A stretch of 40,554 nucleotides of DNA, taken from the NCBI GenBank assembly GCA_036507075.1, contig DASXQR010000133.1:1-40554 (forward strand), given 5' to 3'. A model generated the notes under the pieces. It did no database searches. It was not told the origin of the DNA and was given only the letters and a program-made list of their open reading frames with translations. Below, piece by piece: positions 1-10,474 of the stretch (positions within the stretch are counted from its first letter, which is position 1; each line of letters opens with the position of its first letter). Both the position numbers and the translations under genes were made by a program. This DNA is from Acidobacteriota bacterium (lineage in GTDB: Bacteria; Acidobacteriota; UBA6911; JACQSX01).

Positions 1-21
1 CGAAAATGTAGAAACTCCAAA

Positions 22-47
22 GAGAGACGGCCCTCAGGCCGTCTCTC
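22..47. terminator. Perfect 11-bp hairpin, possible terminator or REP-like palindrome
   Basis: GAGAGACGGCC-ctca-GGCCGTCTCTC followed by CTTGACTTTT. Confidence 0.45.
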
Positions 48-55
48 CTTGACTT

Positions 56-92
56 TTGGTTGCGGCTTCGCCGCGCTGTGTCTCTGTGGTGA
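56..92. repeat. Dispersed repeat module TTGGTTGCGGC-loop-GCCG(C/G)GCTG..CT(C/T)TGTGGT, copy 1
   Basis: Near-identical copies at 14961-14998 and 16950-16985. Confidence 0.75.
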
Positions 93-117
93 ATTCTTTC
101 AGAGGTTCCCGGCCTGA

Positions 118-1425
<1,308 letters not shown>

Positions 1426-1429
1426 CGCC

Positions 1430-1490
1430 CGGAAGCCGGAAAGCGGAAGGCAGAAGGCGGAAGGCGGAAAGCAGAAAGCGGAAGGCAGAG
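1430..1490. repeat. Heptamer tandem array (GGAAGGC/GAAAGCG/GAAAGCA type)
   Basis: cggaagccggaaagcggaaggcagaaggcggaaggcggaaagcagaaagcggaaggcagag just after the purA stop. Confidence 0.85.
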
Positions 1491-1507
1491 AGTGGTCGTA
1501 TTGCACG

Positions 1508-1651
1508 CCATCAGAGCGCGAACGAAGTGAGCGGCCCGCCGACTTGGCCCACATAGTCAACGTGCCGGCAAATATGACGTGTCCCAAATGTCGTAACATC
1601 GCGACGAATTGCGGCAGCGGATGGTCCCTCGCTGCGCTCGGGCTCTGATGG
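1508..1651. repeat. Imperfect inverted repeat (REP-like) between convergent genes
   Basis: CCATCAGAGCGCGAACGAAGTGAGCGG versus GTCCCTCGCTGCGCTCGGGCTCTGATGG. Confidence 0.65.
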
Positions 1652-1694
1652 GGCAGTACCGGCAGCGGAAGGTATTGACCTAAATGTTGCCACG

Positions 1695-3329
1695 CTACCT
1701 GGCTTCGTTTCTATCCATTACAAAGTTGTCGGCCTGCACCGTCCTGGAAAATCTTCCGGCTGTGACAACTTCCAGGCGAACCAGCTCAGCGTTGCCAAAC
1801 CAGGATGAATCGATGGCGCCGGCCGGGACTTCTGCACTGCCGAACGTCAGCGTGCTGCGTCTTGAGAGAGGCCGGAAGGATGGAATCATCAGGCCCAGCG
1901 GCCAATCCATTCTCGTGTAATTATAAAAATAGAAAGCGTAATTGGGCCCAAGCAGCGCCTCTTTCGTTGCTTTATTGCGCAGCAGGTACCGCACTTCCTG
2001 AGGTTGAGAAAAAAAATCCAGCCACGGAATTGCCGGGTTTGACTGGCGCACAGTCACTACGCAGCTTCTGGAACCGGAGTTGACGCTCTCAATCGCCGCA
2101 TGTGCTGATCCCCGATCATAGCGGGCGTTCTTGCGGAGCGGCAGTTCTCCGGCAATCTGATATTTGAGAACTTGAAATTCAATCTTGGCAGAATAACGTC
2201 CTGGCTCTCGTTTGTACCGCTCAAACTGGTCCTGGTTGAAGATTGCAAGTCCTGTATGCGGCCACTCCGCAGGCCTGGCGCCCACTAGCTTCACTTGTCC
2301 GAGTGCCTCACTGATCGCGCGATGCCGTTGGTCCAGGAGGGGTGCCACCTCCGAAGAGGAAAAAGAATGAATTACTCTGCTTTCAACAGCCGTGCCTTCT
2401 TTGAAACGCACGGTGGGCCGCACCTCAATCGGGCTTACAACAAAGCCGGGTTTTACGCCTGAGATCTTCAATTCTCCCATGACCTCCGGGAGACCGCCAC
2501 CGGGTCTCACATAGCTGCGGCTGAAGTCAACTGCCACGGAAACACTGCCGAGGTCAAAAGATTCTTCCAGTGGTCTTTCGCGCGGCTGAAAAAAATCCCA
2601 TGGCCAAAGACTCGCAGTTGCAACCACCAGAACAAGAGCAAGGACTGCCAGAACGGCGGTGCGGGCCGTCCTTCGGAACAGATACTGAACCACAATCACC
2701 ACCAGGCCGAAGAAAACCGCCAGCAGGTAGGCCGCCAAGGTCTGCGAGAAATTCAGGGTGAGACTTCCCTTCGGCCAATCGAGTCGATCAGTCCACAACA
2801 TCAAGGCTATGTGTCCGAGAATGACGGCCAGAATCGTGACCGTGCCGGCGACGATGAATTTAGACAGATTCGGCGTCAGCGCGGCAACCACCATGATGGG
2901 AATGAACAGAACGCCCAGTTTGAGGACGCTTTCGAGAGACAACCAAAAAAAATCGCCCAGCGCGATTCCATTTAAGAGCAGCAGCGCCGACTGCGCCAGC
3001 AAGGGAACGGCAATCAAGAACAGCAGTACAAAGACAGACTTGGCGGCCAACAGGATGCGACGGCTGACGGGCCGCGTAAGCCAGAATGCTGTTGTGCTCA
3101 CCAGAGGATCATTTTGAATCAGTTGGGCGATGATGCCGACTGCAGCGGTGAGTTGCAGCCCCGTTAATACCGCCAAAGTCATCTCAAACGAGAATCTTGA
3201 TCGCACATTTACCGTTGGATCCACTGCCTGCAACAGTGCAGCGCGCAACAAAATCAGAAGGAACCAACCGGCAAGAAAGTAGCGGAAGTAGCGAACGTCT
3301 TTTTTTAAGTGATGGATAGTCTGGTTCAA
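1695..3329 (-). CDS. ABC-2 type permease-like membrane protein with a large extracytoplasmic C-terminal domain
   Basis: About 7 hydrophobic segments; FWLTRPVSRRILLAAK is typical of ABC-2 permease loops; directly follows an ABC ATPase. Confidence 0.8.
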   Translation of the reverse strand: MNQTIHHLKKDVRYFRYFLAGWFLLILLRAALLQAVDPTVNVRSRFSFEMTLAVLTGLQLTAAVGIIAQLIQNDPLVSTTAFWLTRPVSRRILLAAKSVFVLLFLIAVPLLAQSALLLLNGIALGDFFWLSLESVLKLGVLFIPIMVVAALTPNLSKFIVAGTVTILAVILGHIALMLWTDRLDWPKGSLTLNFSQTLAAYLLAVFFGLVVIVVQYLFRRTARTAVLAVLALVLVVATASLWPWDFFQPRERPLEESFDLGSVSVAVDFSRSYVRPGGGLPEVMGELKISGVKPGFVVSPIEVRPTVRFKEGTAVESRVIHSFSSSEVAPLLDQRHRAISEALGQVKLVGARPAEWPHTGLAIFNQDQFERYKREPGRYSAKIEFQVLKYQIAGELPLRKNARYDRGSAHAAIESVNSGSRSCVVTVRQSNPAIPWLDFFSQPQEVRYLLRNKATKEALLGPNYAFYFYNYTRMDWPLGLMIPSFRPLSRRSTLTFGSAEVPAGAIDSSWFGNAELVRLEVVTAGRFSRTVQADNFVMDRNEAR

Positions 3330-3344
3330 GCGCTCCTCCTTCCG

Positions 3345-4265
3345 CTATTCAGAAATTCGATAGGTTCGCGCGAGTGCCACAAAAATCGAGCGCAGCGACA
3401 TGGGATGGGCGGTAATCCGCCCCGATTGCGGAACCATGGCCCGAATCTGATCCTCGCTTCCTTCCCGGTAGCGGCTGTGCACGAAACGCAGCGTATGACC
3501 CGCCTTCTCGGGAAGCATCCACTCGGCTGGACGAGCCGGCGGCAGACCTTCATCCCCTTCCACGACAACCTGAACACTTCGAAATCGTGATTGAAGTGAA
3601 GCAAGCGACTCGGAGAGCTGAAGGCGCCCCTTGTTTACCACCGCGATCCAATCGGCCAATCCTTCCAGCTCGTCGACGTCATGAGAGGAAATGAAGACGG
3701 TCCATTGCTCCTGCTGTGTCAGCTCCAGGATCCCGCGAACCAGCTCATCGCGAACCAGCGCGTCGAGCCCGGTGAATGGTTCGTCCAGGACCAGCAAGCG
3801 GGGACGGTACGCCAGGGAAGACAGGAGCATCGCTTTCATGCGCATCCCGCGCGACAGATTCTTGATCTTCTGATCCGGTGGCAGATCGAACTGGCGAAGC
3901 AGGCTCCCGCACAATGCGTCATCCCAGGTTGGATACATTGGCTTGCAGTAGGCAATCAATTGCTCCACCGTCATCCAGTCGATTGTGTCCTGGTTTTCAG
4001 AGACATAACCGATCTGCCGGAACTCCTCAGGGCCAAGCCGGGAGGAGTCGACACCAAAGACGGTTGCCTTTCCGGCTGATGGGCGCAGGATATTCATGAG
4101 CATCTTTATGGTGGTGGTTTTGCCTGCGCCGTTTGGACCGAGGAAAGCAAAAATGCTGCCGCGCGGTACAGCCAGCGTCAGGTCGATGACAGCTTCAGTC
4201 CTCCCAAAACTGCGGGTCAGACCTTCGGTTTCGATGGAATGGATCCTGTCTTGATCAGCGCTCAT
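3345..4265 (-). CDS. ABC transporter ATP-binding protein (YtrB-like)
   Basis: Walker A GPNGAGKTT, signature LSRGM, Walker B LLVLDEP, H-loop ISSH; start placed at ATG 4265, downstream of the GntR stop. Confidence 0.93.
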   Translation of the reverse strand: MSADQDRIHSIETEGLTRSFGRTEAVIDLTLAVPRGSIFAFLGPNGAGKTTTIKMLMNILRPSAGKATVFGVDSSRLGPEEFRQIGYVSENQDTIDWMTVEQLIAYCKPMYPTWDDALCGSLLRQFDLPPDQKIKNLSRGMRMKAMLLSSLAYRPRLLVLDEPFTGLDALVRDELVRGILELTQQEQWTVFISSHDVDELEGLADWIAVVNKGRLQLSESLASLQSRFRSVQVVVEGDEGLPPARPAEWMLPEKAGHTLRFVHSRYREGSEDQIRAMVPQSGRITAHPMSLRSIFVALARTYRISE

Positions 4266-4282
4266 AGCATTAATCAGAATGA

Positions 4283-4666
4283 TCAGCCCCCGAGGTGATT
4301 CCAATGCTTTCGGATGGCATCAAGAACATCTTCCAGCTCCAGGGCGAGGTTTCTTGCTTCCACAACCAGGTGTTCCGCCTCTTGCTTTAGAAGCATGCTG
4401 CGTTGAATTCTGGTGGCGGCGGGCGCTTTGCCGACAATCGTGCCGATTCCCGGCCTCACTTCCAGCAGGCCCTCGTTGATGAGCGTGCCGACGATTTTGT
4501 GAGCCGTGTTTGGATTGATCTTCAACTCCTGGCTCAGTTGCCGTACCGATGGAAAGCTGTCTCCAGGCTGTATCTGCCGGGAGACAATCGCCTTTTTCAC
4601 CGCGTAAACGACTTGCTGGTGAACCGGGATGCCCGCCCTGAATTGCATCTCAAAAGGCAACATCAT
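4283..4666 (-). CDS. GntR-family (YtrA subfamily) transcriptional regulator
   Basis: PVHQQV...FPSVRQLSQELKINPNT winged HTH with a short C-terminus; the ORF extension to 4828 is repeat-derived, so the likely start is ATG 4666 or 4663. Confidence 0.92.
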   Translation of the reverse strand: MMLPFEMQFRAGIPVHQQVVYAVKKAIVSRQIQPGDSFPSVRQLSQELKINPNTAHKIVGTLINEGLLEVRPGIGTIVGKAPAATRIQRSMLLKQEAEHLVVEARNLALELEDVLDAIRKHWNHLGG

Positions 4667-4667
4667 G

Positions 4668-4688
4668 TGTACTATCAATACTAGTACA
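4668..4688. promoter_or_regulatory. YtrA-type operator palindrome overlapping the gntR promoter
   Basis: TGTACTA-N7-TAGTACA immediately upstream of the start codon; minus strand reads TTGCAT-N18-GATAGT. Confidence 0.8.
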
Positions 4689-4714
4689 GCTAGGATGCAA
4701 AAAGCAAGAAGTAT

Positions 4715-5079
4715 GGAAGGCGGAAAGCGAAGGCGGAAGGCGGAAGGCAGAAGGCGGGAGGCGGAAGATCCAACGTTAGCCGAACCGCGCGCGTGAGCAA
4801 GCGGACTCTCGATGCAGCAATTCTCCATCCTCTCCCGGGACGTCCGCGCTGGTCCTCACCGCAGAGTCGCTAAGGACGCCGAGAAGCCGCGGAGTTTCAG
4901 CGCCTCAGCGCGGGCTCGGCGGTCTTAGCGCCTCTGCAGTGAAAGAAATTTGTCGATCACCAGCATGCGGGTTGTTTTGGCGGGCGCTAACCGGTACATC
5001 GAGGGTCCGCTTGCTTACGCGCGCGGTTCGGCTGTCGGTGGACGCTCCGCTTTCCGCCTTCCGCCTTCCGCCTTTCCGC
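4715..5079. repeat. Three-layer nested palindromic element
   Basis: Outer inverted heptamer arrays; middle arms AGCCGAACCGCGCGCGTGAGCAAGCGGACTCTCGATG / CATCGAGGGTCCGCTTGCTTACGCGCGCGGTTCGGCT; inner CACCGCAGAG...CTCTGCAGTG arms. Confidence 0.85.
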
Positions 5080-5133
5080 ATTCTGTCCATTACAGATATC
5101 GCTCTGGTAGACTGTTAATGCCTAGGAGGGCCC

Positions 5134-6246
5134 ATGAAATTGCTTTGTAACTTTGCTTTGTGCCTGGTGGTTCTTTCCACGGCACCCGCGAAGGCCGCGC
5201 CTGTCAATCCTGCAGAGAATAGCGATGCGACACTGGTGCTTCGAAGCAAGCTCGCAATCCTGGCTGACTCGCAGGTCAGCGGCTTCGATATTCAGATTCA
5301 GGCGCAAGGGGGGGTGCTGGCAGTGTCGGGAACAGTAGATACCGAGATTCAGCGTCGCGTCATAGACAATATTCTTCGCTCCGTTCCCGGAGCACGCCGT
5401 CTTGAGTTAAACATCCAGCTCAATCCTGATAAATCAAGGGAGCCGACGCTGATTCGCCTCCCGGCGCCCGACCGAAGGAAAGACGAGGACATTGCGTCCC
5501 GGGTTCGAACCGCCTTGGCCGCCGACAGCAAGCTGTCGCGCTCGTCAGTGGATGTTCAGGTATCACGTCGGATGGTGCGTCTGAGCGGCGCAGCACTGAA
5601 TGATGAAACCATTCTTCGAGCCGCGCACGCAGTCAGAGCCGTTCCCGGCGTGCTTGCAGTCGATGCCAGACCGCTTCTCAAGGCGCCTGAAACGGCGCCT
5701 GTGCCGGCCGCCGCCCGGGTACAGTTTCGCGGCCTGGAAATGTCCCAACTGTCTCCTTCTGAAACACGAGAGTTGCAGCGCTCGCTGATGCTTGCCGGAA
5801 TCTACAAGGGAACTCCAGATGGTGTGTGGAATGATCTGACCGAGAAGGCGCTGATTACCTATCAGGCGCGCTACAACCTCCCCATCACAGGCAGACTTGA
5901 TTCCGCCACGGTTCATTCCCTGCATTTGAAAATCACCACCGAAGGCCGGTCGGCGGAATTGGGTCCGCGGACCAGCCGCTCCAGTCAAGTGAGAGTGCGG
6001 GTCATTTCCGATGAACCCTTCGTTGCGGTGCTCACCGCGTCCGATGTCAGAGCGGTTCAGCAGGCCCTGGAAAACCAGGGTTTTTACAGCGGGCTGATTT
6101 CCGGGCGGATCGACCAGATCACCCGCTTTGCGTTAAAAGCTTTCCAGCGCGCAAACAATCTGGTGATCACAGGCGATATCGACCAGCCGACGATCAACGC
6201 TCTCGGTTTGAGGATCGATATCTCGCGCAAACATCTGATGCAGTGA
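5134..6246 (+). CDS. Secreted protein with two BON domains and two peptidoglycan-binding (PG_binding_1-like) domains
   Basis: Signal peptide ending AKA; BON motifs (IQIQAQGGVLAVSGTVDT; DEDIASRVRTALAAD..VDVQV..VRLSG); two LQxxL..G.Y.G..DG...T..AL..(Y/F)Q...L..TG..D..T repeats; RBS GGAGG. Confidence 0.85.
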   Translation: MKLLCNFALCLVVLSTAPAKAAPVNPAENSDATLVLRSKLAILADSQVSGFDIQIQAQGGVLAVSGTVDTEIQRRVIDNILRSVPGARRLELNIQLNPDKSREPTLIRLPAPDRRKDEDIASRVRTALAADSKLSRSSVDVQVSRRMVRLSGAALNDETILRAAHAVRAVPGVLAVDARPLLKAPETAPVPAAARVQFRGLEMSQLSPSETRELQRSLMLAGIYKGTPDGVWNDLTEKALITYQARYNLPITGRLDSATVHSLHLKITTEGRSAELGPRTSRSSQVRVRVISDEPFVAVLTASDVRAVQQALENQGFYSGLISGRIDQITRFALKAFQRANNLVITGDIDQPTINALGLRIDISRKHLMQ

Positions 6247-6262
6247 CAATCAATAAAACTGA

Positions 6263-7825
6263 ATGCTGAATCGACGCTTCCTTGTCCTTCTGCTGGCCGC
6301 CGTTACTGTCGCGGGCGCACTGTTGCGGCTTCACGCTCTCACGCAAAAAAGCCTTTGGGACGACGAAATATTCTCCCTGAATGCGCTGGGCTTTTATCAG
6401 CTTCATCAGGCTGTTCCCGATGTGCCTGCGCTCGCCCAAAACGTCGTCAACTACTATCGGGCGGACAACCATCCCCCCCTGTTTTTCATCCTGCTTGGAA
6501 TCTGGTTGAAACTTTTTGGCGTGACCGAGTTTAGCGTGCGCCTGTTTTCCGCCCTGGTGAGTGTAACGACCATTCCGGTGATTTATCTTCTCGCGCGGCA
6601 GCTTTTCAGGGAGCCGCAAATCCCGCTGGTAAGTGCTGCGCTTTTCAGCGGTTCGGCATTTGTTGTTTACTACGCGCAGGAAGCCCGGATGTATTCGCTG
6701 CTGCTGCTGTTTGCGTGTCTTTCAATGTTCTTCTTTTTGAAAAGCCAGGAAGAAGGAAATTGGCGCTTCTATCTTGGCTTCACCGCGTTTACTGTGCTGG
6801 GACTCTACACACACTACTATTTCTTCTTTTTACTCTTCTTTCAGGTTGTTTACCGGCTGACGGCCGGCCGTCGGGGATTTCGGTCCTTCCTGGTGAGCCT
6901 GGCGGGTATTTTTTTCTGTTTTATCCCATGGTTGCCGGTGCTGCTTTATCAGATCAGTCAGAAGCACCAATCCGACCTGTGGATCCGATCGAGCACTCAA
7001 GGTTTGGCCGCCATCAGGGAGGCAGCTATCAACGGGATCTACGTTCTGTTTCGATTCATGGCAGGTGAAAATTTCATTTTCCCCAATACCGCCTGGGGTC
7101 TCAGAGCGATGCTCTGGATCCTGTCCGTGGCCGCCGTTCTAGTCCTCTTACAGCGTCCTTTTCTGTTTGCCACGAAAGCCGGAAGATTGCTGGGACTGTG
7201 GCTCGTGCTTCCGATCGGGTGCGGATTTGTCGCCGATCTGATATTCAGAACCAAGACGCTGGAGATGAGCAAGTACTTCATCGTAAGTTACCCGGCGGTG
7301 CTGCTGATCATGGCCGCGTCAGTGGTCCGTTTCCCCTGGCGGCCTGCCGGATGGTTGTTGCTGCCGCTGTTCCTGTTTCTTAATGCCAAATCGCTGCACG
7401 TGTACTACAACACGCCGAAAGCTGTGGAGTGGAGGGAGGTGGCACAGTACCTGTCCGGTCAGATCGGACCGGACGACATCCTGTTGAGTCCCGAGCCGAA
7501 GGTGGCCTTGTGCGTGGGCTTTTACCTGGGTCGCCCCATCCGGGCGATTGAGGTTCCTTTTAATGCAAACGTGGATTACATCCTCAGCGTCACGCAGCGC
7601 GGCGTGGCTGCGTCCAACAGAATCTGGATTGTTTCCATCTACGAGAGCTTCAGTCCCAAGCTGCAACTGCTTAATAATCGATTGAGCTGCGATTATCTGC
7701 TGCTTTCCGAACAGACCGTTTCTCACCACGCCGTCGTCAGAAGTTTCGCGAATCCTTCTGTCTTGCGCGCCAAGAATATCGCTCCAGCGCCCAAGTCCCC
7801 GAAGGATCTTGCCGCGGGCAGCTAA
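6263..7825 (+). CDS. GT-C fold glycosyltransferase (family 39/ArnT/PMT-like)
   Basis: SLWDDE, DNHPPLFF, EFSVRLFS, YAQEARMYSL, LYTHYY motifs; many transmembrane helices. Confidence 0.88.
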   Translation: MLNRRFLVLLLAAVTVAGALLRLHALTQKSLWDDEIFSLNALGFYQLHQAVPDVPALAQNVVNYYRADNHPPLFFILLGIWLKLFGVTEFSVRLFSALVSVTTIPVIYLLARQLFREPQIPLVSAALFSGSAFVVYYAQEARMYSLLLLFACLSMFFFLKSQEEGNWRFYLGFTAFTVLGLYTHYYFFFLLFFQVVYRLTAGRRGFRSFLVSLAGIFFCFIPWLPVLLYQISQKHQSDLWIRSSTQGLAAIREAAINGIYVLFRFMAGENFIFPNTAWGLRAMLWILSVAAVLVLLQRPFLFATKAGRLLGLWLVLPIGCGFVADLIFRTKTLEMSKYFIVSYPAVLLIMAASVVRFPWRPAGWLLLPLFLFLNAKSLHVYYNTPKAVEWREVAQYLSGQIGPDDILLSPEPKVALCVGFYLGRPIRAIEVPFNANVDYILSVTQRGVAASNRIWIVSIYESFSPKLQLLNNRLSCDYLLLSEQTVSHHAVVRSFANPSVLRAKNIAPAPKSPKDLAAGS

Positions 7826-7833
7826 GGTTTGGT

Positions 7834-8151
7834 ATGACGGGCAATCGCATCGATTTGCTGAAAACTTTTGTCGAAAAGAATCCGAACGATCCATTCTCGC
7901 ATTATGGCCTGGCGATGGAATATGTGCGGCACGATCGTCTGGAGGATGCCCTGCGGATTTATACCTACCTGATCGAAAAACATCCCGATTACGTCCCGAC
8001 CTATTACCAGGCAGGAATGGCTTTCCAAACGGCCGGCGATATTGAACAGGCAAAGAAAACATTTCGCGACGGTATGTCAATTGCTCAACGTCTGGGAAAC
8101 GTGCACGCACGAGACGAACTGGAAAAGGCGCTGGCGCAACTGGAAGCCTGA
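7834..8151 (+). CDS. Small TPR-repeat protein
   Basis: PNDPFSHYGLAMEY...HPDYVPTYYQAG...A...F..G TPR pattern. Confidence 0.85.
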   Translation: MTGNRIDLLKTFVEKNPNDPFSHYGLAMEYVRHDRLEDALRIYTYLIEKHPDYVPTYYQAGMAFQTAGDIEQAKKTFRDGMSIAQRLGNVHARDELEKALAQLEA

Positions 8152-8155
8152 ACAA

Positions 8156-8207
8156 GCCAGCATCCGAGCCGCGCGCGGTTCGGATGTCGCGCGACTCGGA
8201 TGCTGGC
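8156..8207. terminator. Strong 20-bp hairpin after the TPR gene (terminator or REP-like)
   Basis: GCCAGCATCCGAGCCGCGCG...CGCGCGACTCGGATGCTGGC with one mismatch; no clear U-tract. Confidence 0.6.
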
Positions 8208-8224
8208 ACTGTGCCGCTTAGCGC

Positions 8225-8254
8225 TTGATATTCCTGCTCTTCTAATTGTATCCT
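8225..8254 (+). promoter_or_regulatory. Candidate sigma70 promoter for hppA
   Basis: TTGATA-N18-TATCCT in an AT-rich stretch upstream of hppA. Confidence 0.4.
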
Positions 8255-8374
8255 CTCTAGTTTATTTTGAAGAAATGTTGATTCCAGTGAACTTTCGGCG
8301 CTGGATCCCGGGTGCCGGCGCAGTCACTGGTGCCTCATCAAAGTCAGTGGTTCAAGATCAGGAGAACGCTTGAC

Positions 8375-10465
8375 ATGATCCTTTTGATATTCGGAATTTC
8401 AATTATCGCGCTGGTGTTTGCGGCCTTTCTGGCTGCTAACGTTCTCAAGAGAGACACCGGCACGCCGGCGATGCAGGAGATCGCTGCAGCCATCAAGGAA
8501 GGCGCCGAGGCCTTTGTGCGGCGCCAGTACACGACCATCGGGATTCTTAGTGTTGTTCTCGCGGTCATTATTTTCCTTTTCTATCATTACAGCAGCAGTC
8601 CGAACATTCGAGATCTCGGTCCCGGGATCGCCATGAAGGTAACCATCGCCTTTTTGGTTGGGGCCGCCTGTTCTGCGCTCAGCGGCTTTGTCGGCATGTT
8701 TGTTTCGATTCGCGCCAACATTCGAACCGCAGCCGCGGCAACGACCAGCCTGGACCAAGCGCTCCGGACCGCGCTCTATGGAGGTGCCGTTTCCGGCCTT
8801 ACCGTGGTTTCACTCAGCCTGCTGGGAGTGGGCGGATTATTCTGGCTTTACGGGGGAATGCAGCATCCCACGGAGGTTCCGCTGCAAATCGTGGGATTTG
8901 GATTCGGTGCCAGTTTCGTTGCGCTGTTTGCGCAGCTCGGAGGCGGAATTTATACCAAGGCGGCCGACGTAGGCGCCGATCTGGTGGGTAAGGTCGAAGC
9001 AGGCATCCCGGAAGACGACCCCCGAAACCCCGCCGTAATAGCCGATCTGGTGGGAGACAACGTGGGGGACTGCGCGGGCCGCGGAGCAGACCTGTTCGAG
9101 TCCACTGCAGCCGAAAATATCGGAGCCATGATCCTGGGCGTCGTGCTTTACGCGCAATTCGGACTGAAGGGAATCCTTTTCCCGCTGGTCGCGCGCGCTT
9201 TTGGTCTGATTGCAACCATGATCGGAATCATGGTGGTTCGCGTCAAGGAAGGCGGCGATCCGATGGCCGCGATGAATCGTGGCTACTACGTCACCACCGT
9301 GCTGGCCATGGCCGGTTTTTACGTGGCGGTTCACCAGTTGCTGGAGAACAATCTTTATTTTTTTGCGGCGGGCGTAGTTGGAATCCTTACCGCGCTGGCA
9401 TTCGTTTTCATCACGCAGTACTACACTGAACATAAATATCGCCCGGTAAAATCGATCGCAGAAGCCAGCCAGACGGGACCGGCTACGAATATCATCACCG
9501 GCCTGGCAGTAGCCATGGAATGCACCGGAATCCCGGTGATCACCATCTCGGTGGCGTTGCTGACGGCCCATTTCCTCGGTGAAAAGGCGATGCCCGGCGG
9601 CGGATTGTACGGAACGGCCATTGCTACCATGGGAATGCTTGCTCCCTGCGCGTACATCCTGGCGATGGACACTTTCGGTCCGATCACCGATAACGCCGGC
9701 GGGATCATTGAAATGTCAAATCAGCCGGATGAAATCCGGAGGCGCACGGACCGCCTGGATGCCGTCGGCAACACGACCAAAGCTCTGACCAAAGGCTATG
9801 CGATCGGAAGCGCCGCGCTGGCTGCCTTCCTACTTTTCAGCGCGTATCTGGATGAAGTCGCCAAGATCACAGGCTCGCGGATTCCTGTCGATCTGAGCCG
9901 CGTCCCAACTTTCGTAGGCGCGCTCATCGGAGCGGCACTGGTGTTTGTGTTCAGCGCTCTGGCAATTCGAGCGGTGGGTCGCGCCGCCTATTACATCATC
10001 AACGAAGTGCGGCGGCAGTTTAAGGCGAATCCCGACATTATGCGAGGCACTGCCAAGCCCGATTATGGCCGCTGTGTCGATATCGTGACCATCGGCGCGC
10101 TTAAGGAAATGGTGTTGCCGGGTCTTCTGCCGATCATCGTTCCGGTCTTCGTCGGGTTCAGTTTCAAATATCTCGCTTCAGAAGGAAGGCCGGGAGCGGA
10201 GGCGGTGGCCGCCTTACTGATGGTGGGGACGATTGCAGGCATCCTGATGGCGACAATGATGAACAATGGCGGCGGTGCCTGGGATAACGCGAAAAAGTTC
10301 ATCGAGTTGGGAGAGTACGGTGGGAAGGGCTCAGACACCCACAAGGCCGCGGTAGTCGGCGACACGGTGGGCGATCCGCTAAAGGACACGGCAGGTCCCT
10401 CGCTTCACGTATTGATCAAACTGCTGAGCACCATCACACTGGTGCTCGCGCCATTGTTTCTGTGA
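8375..10465 (+). CDS. hppA: Membrane-bound H+-translocating pyrophosphatase, predicted K+-independent
   Basis: GGGIYTKAADVGADLVGKVE, IPEDDPRNP, DNVGDCAGRGAD, GDTVGDPLKD; GNTTK carries Lys at the K+-dependence position; RBS AGGAG before ATG 8375. Confidence 0.96.
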   Translation: MILLIFGISIIALVFAAFLAANVLKRDTGTPAMQEIAAAIKEGAEAFVRRQYTTIGILSVVLAVIIFLFYHYSSSPNIRDLGPGIAMKVTIAFLVGAACSALSGFVGMFVSIRANIRTAAAATTSLDQALRTALYGGAVSGLTVVSLSLLGVGGLFWLYGGMQHPTEVPLQIVGFGFGASFVALFAQLGGGIYTKAADVGADLVGKVEAGIPEDDPRNPAVIADLVGDNVGDCAGRGADLFESTAAENIGAMILGVVLYAQFGLKGILFPLVARAFGLIATMIGIMVVRVKEGGDPMAAMNRGYYVTTVLAMAGFYVAVHQLLENNLYFFAAGVVGILTALAFVFITQYYTEHKYRPVKSIAEASQTGPATNIITGLAVAMECTGIPVITISVALLTAHFLGEKAMPGGGLYGTAIATMGMLAPCAYILAMDTFGPITDNAGGIIEMSNQPDEIRRRTDRLDAVGNTTKALTKGYAIGSAALAAFLLFSAYLDEVAKITGSRIPVDLSRVPTFVGALIGAALVFVFSALAIRAVGRAAYYIINEVRRQFKANPDIMRGTAKPDYGRCVDIVTIGALKEMVLPGLLPIIVPVFVGFSFKYLASEGRPGAEAVAALLMVGTIAGILMATMMNNGGGAWDNAKKFIELGEYGGKGSDTHKAAVVGDTVGDPLKDTAGPSLHVLIKLLSTITLVLAPLFL

Positions 10466-10474
10466 AAGAGCGCC

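Noticed and set aside
4667..4828. Long N-terminal extensions in the ORF track (GntR to 4828; also 8312, 12805, 29220, 36886)
   Set aside because: They run through repeats, operators or leaders; downstream ATGs fit RBS position or domain boundaries better.
7319..8209. 296-aa minus-strand ORF
   Set aside because: Antisense to the glycosyltransferase and TPR genes, with no motif support.
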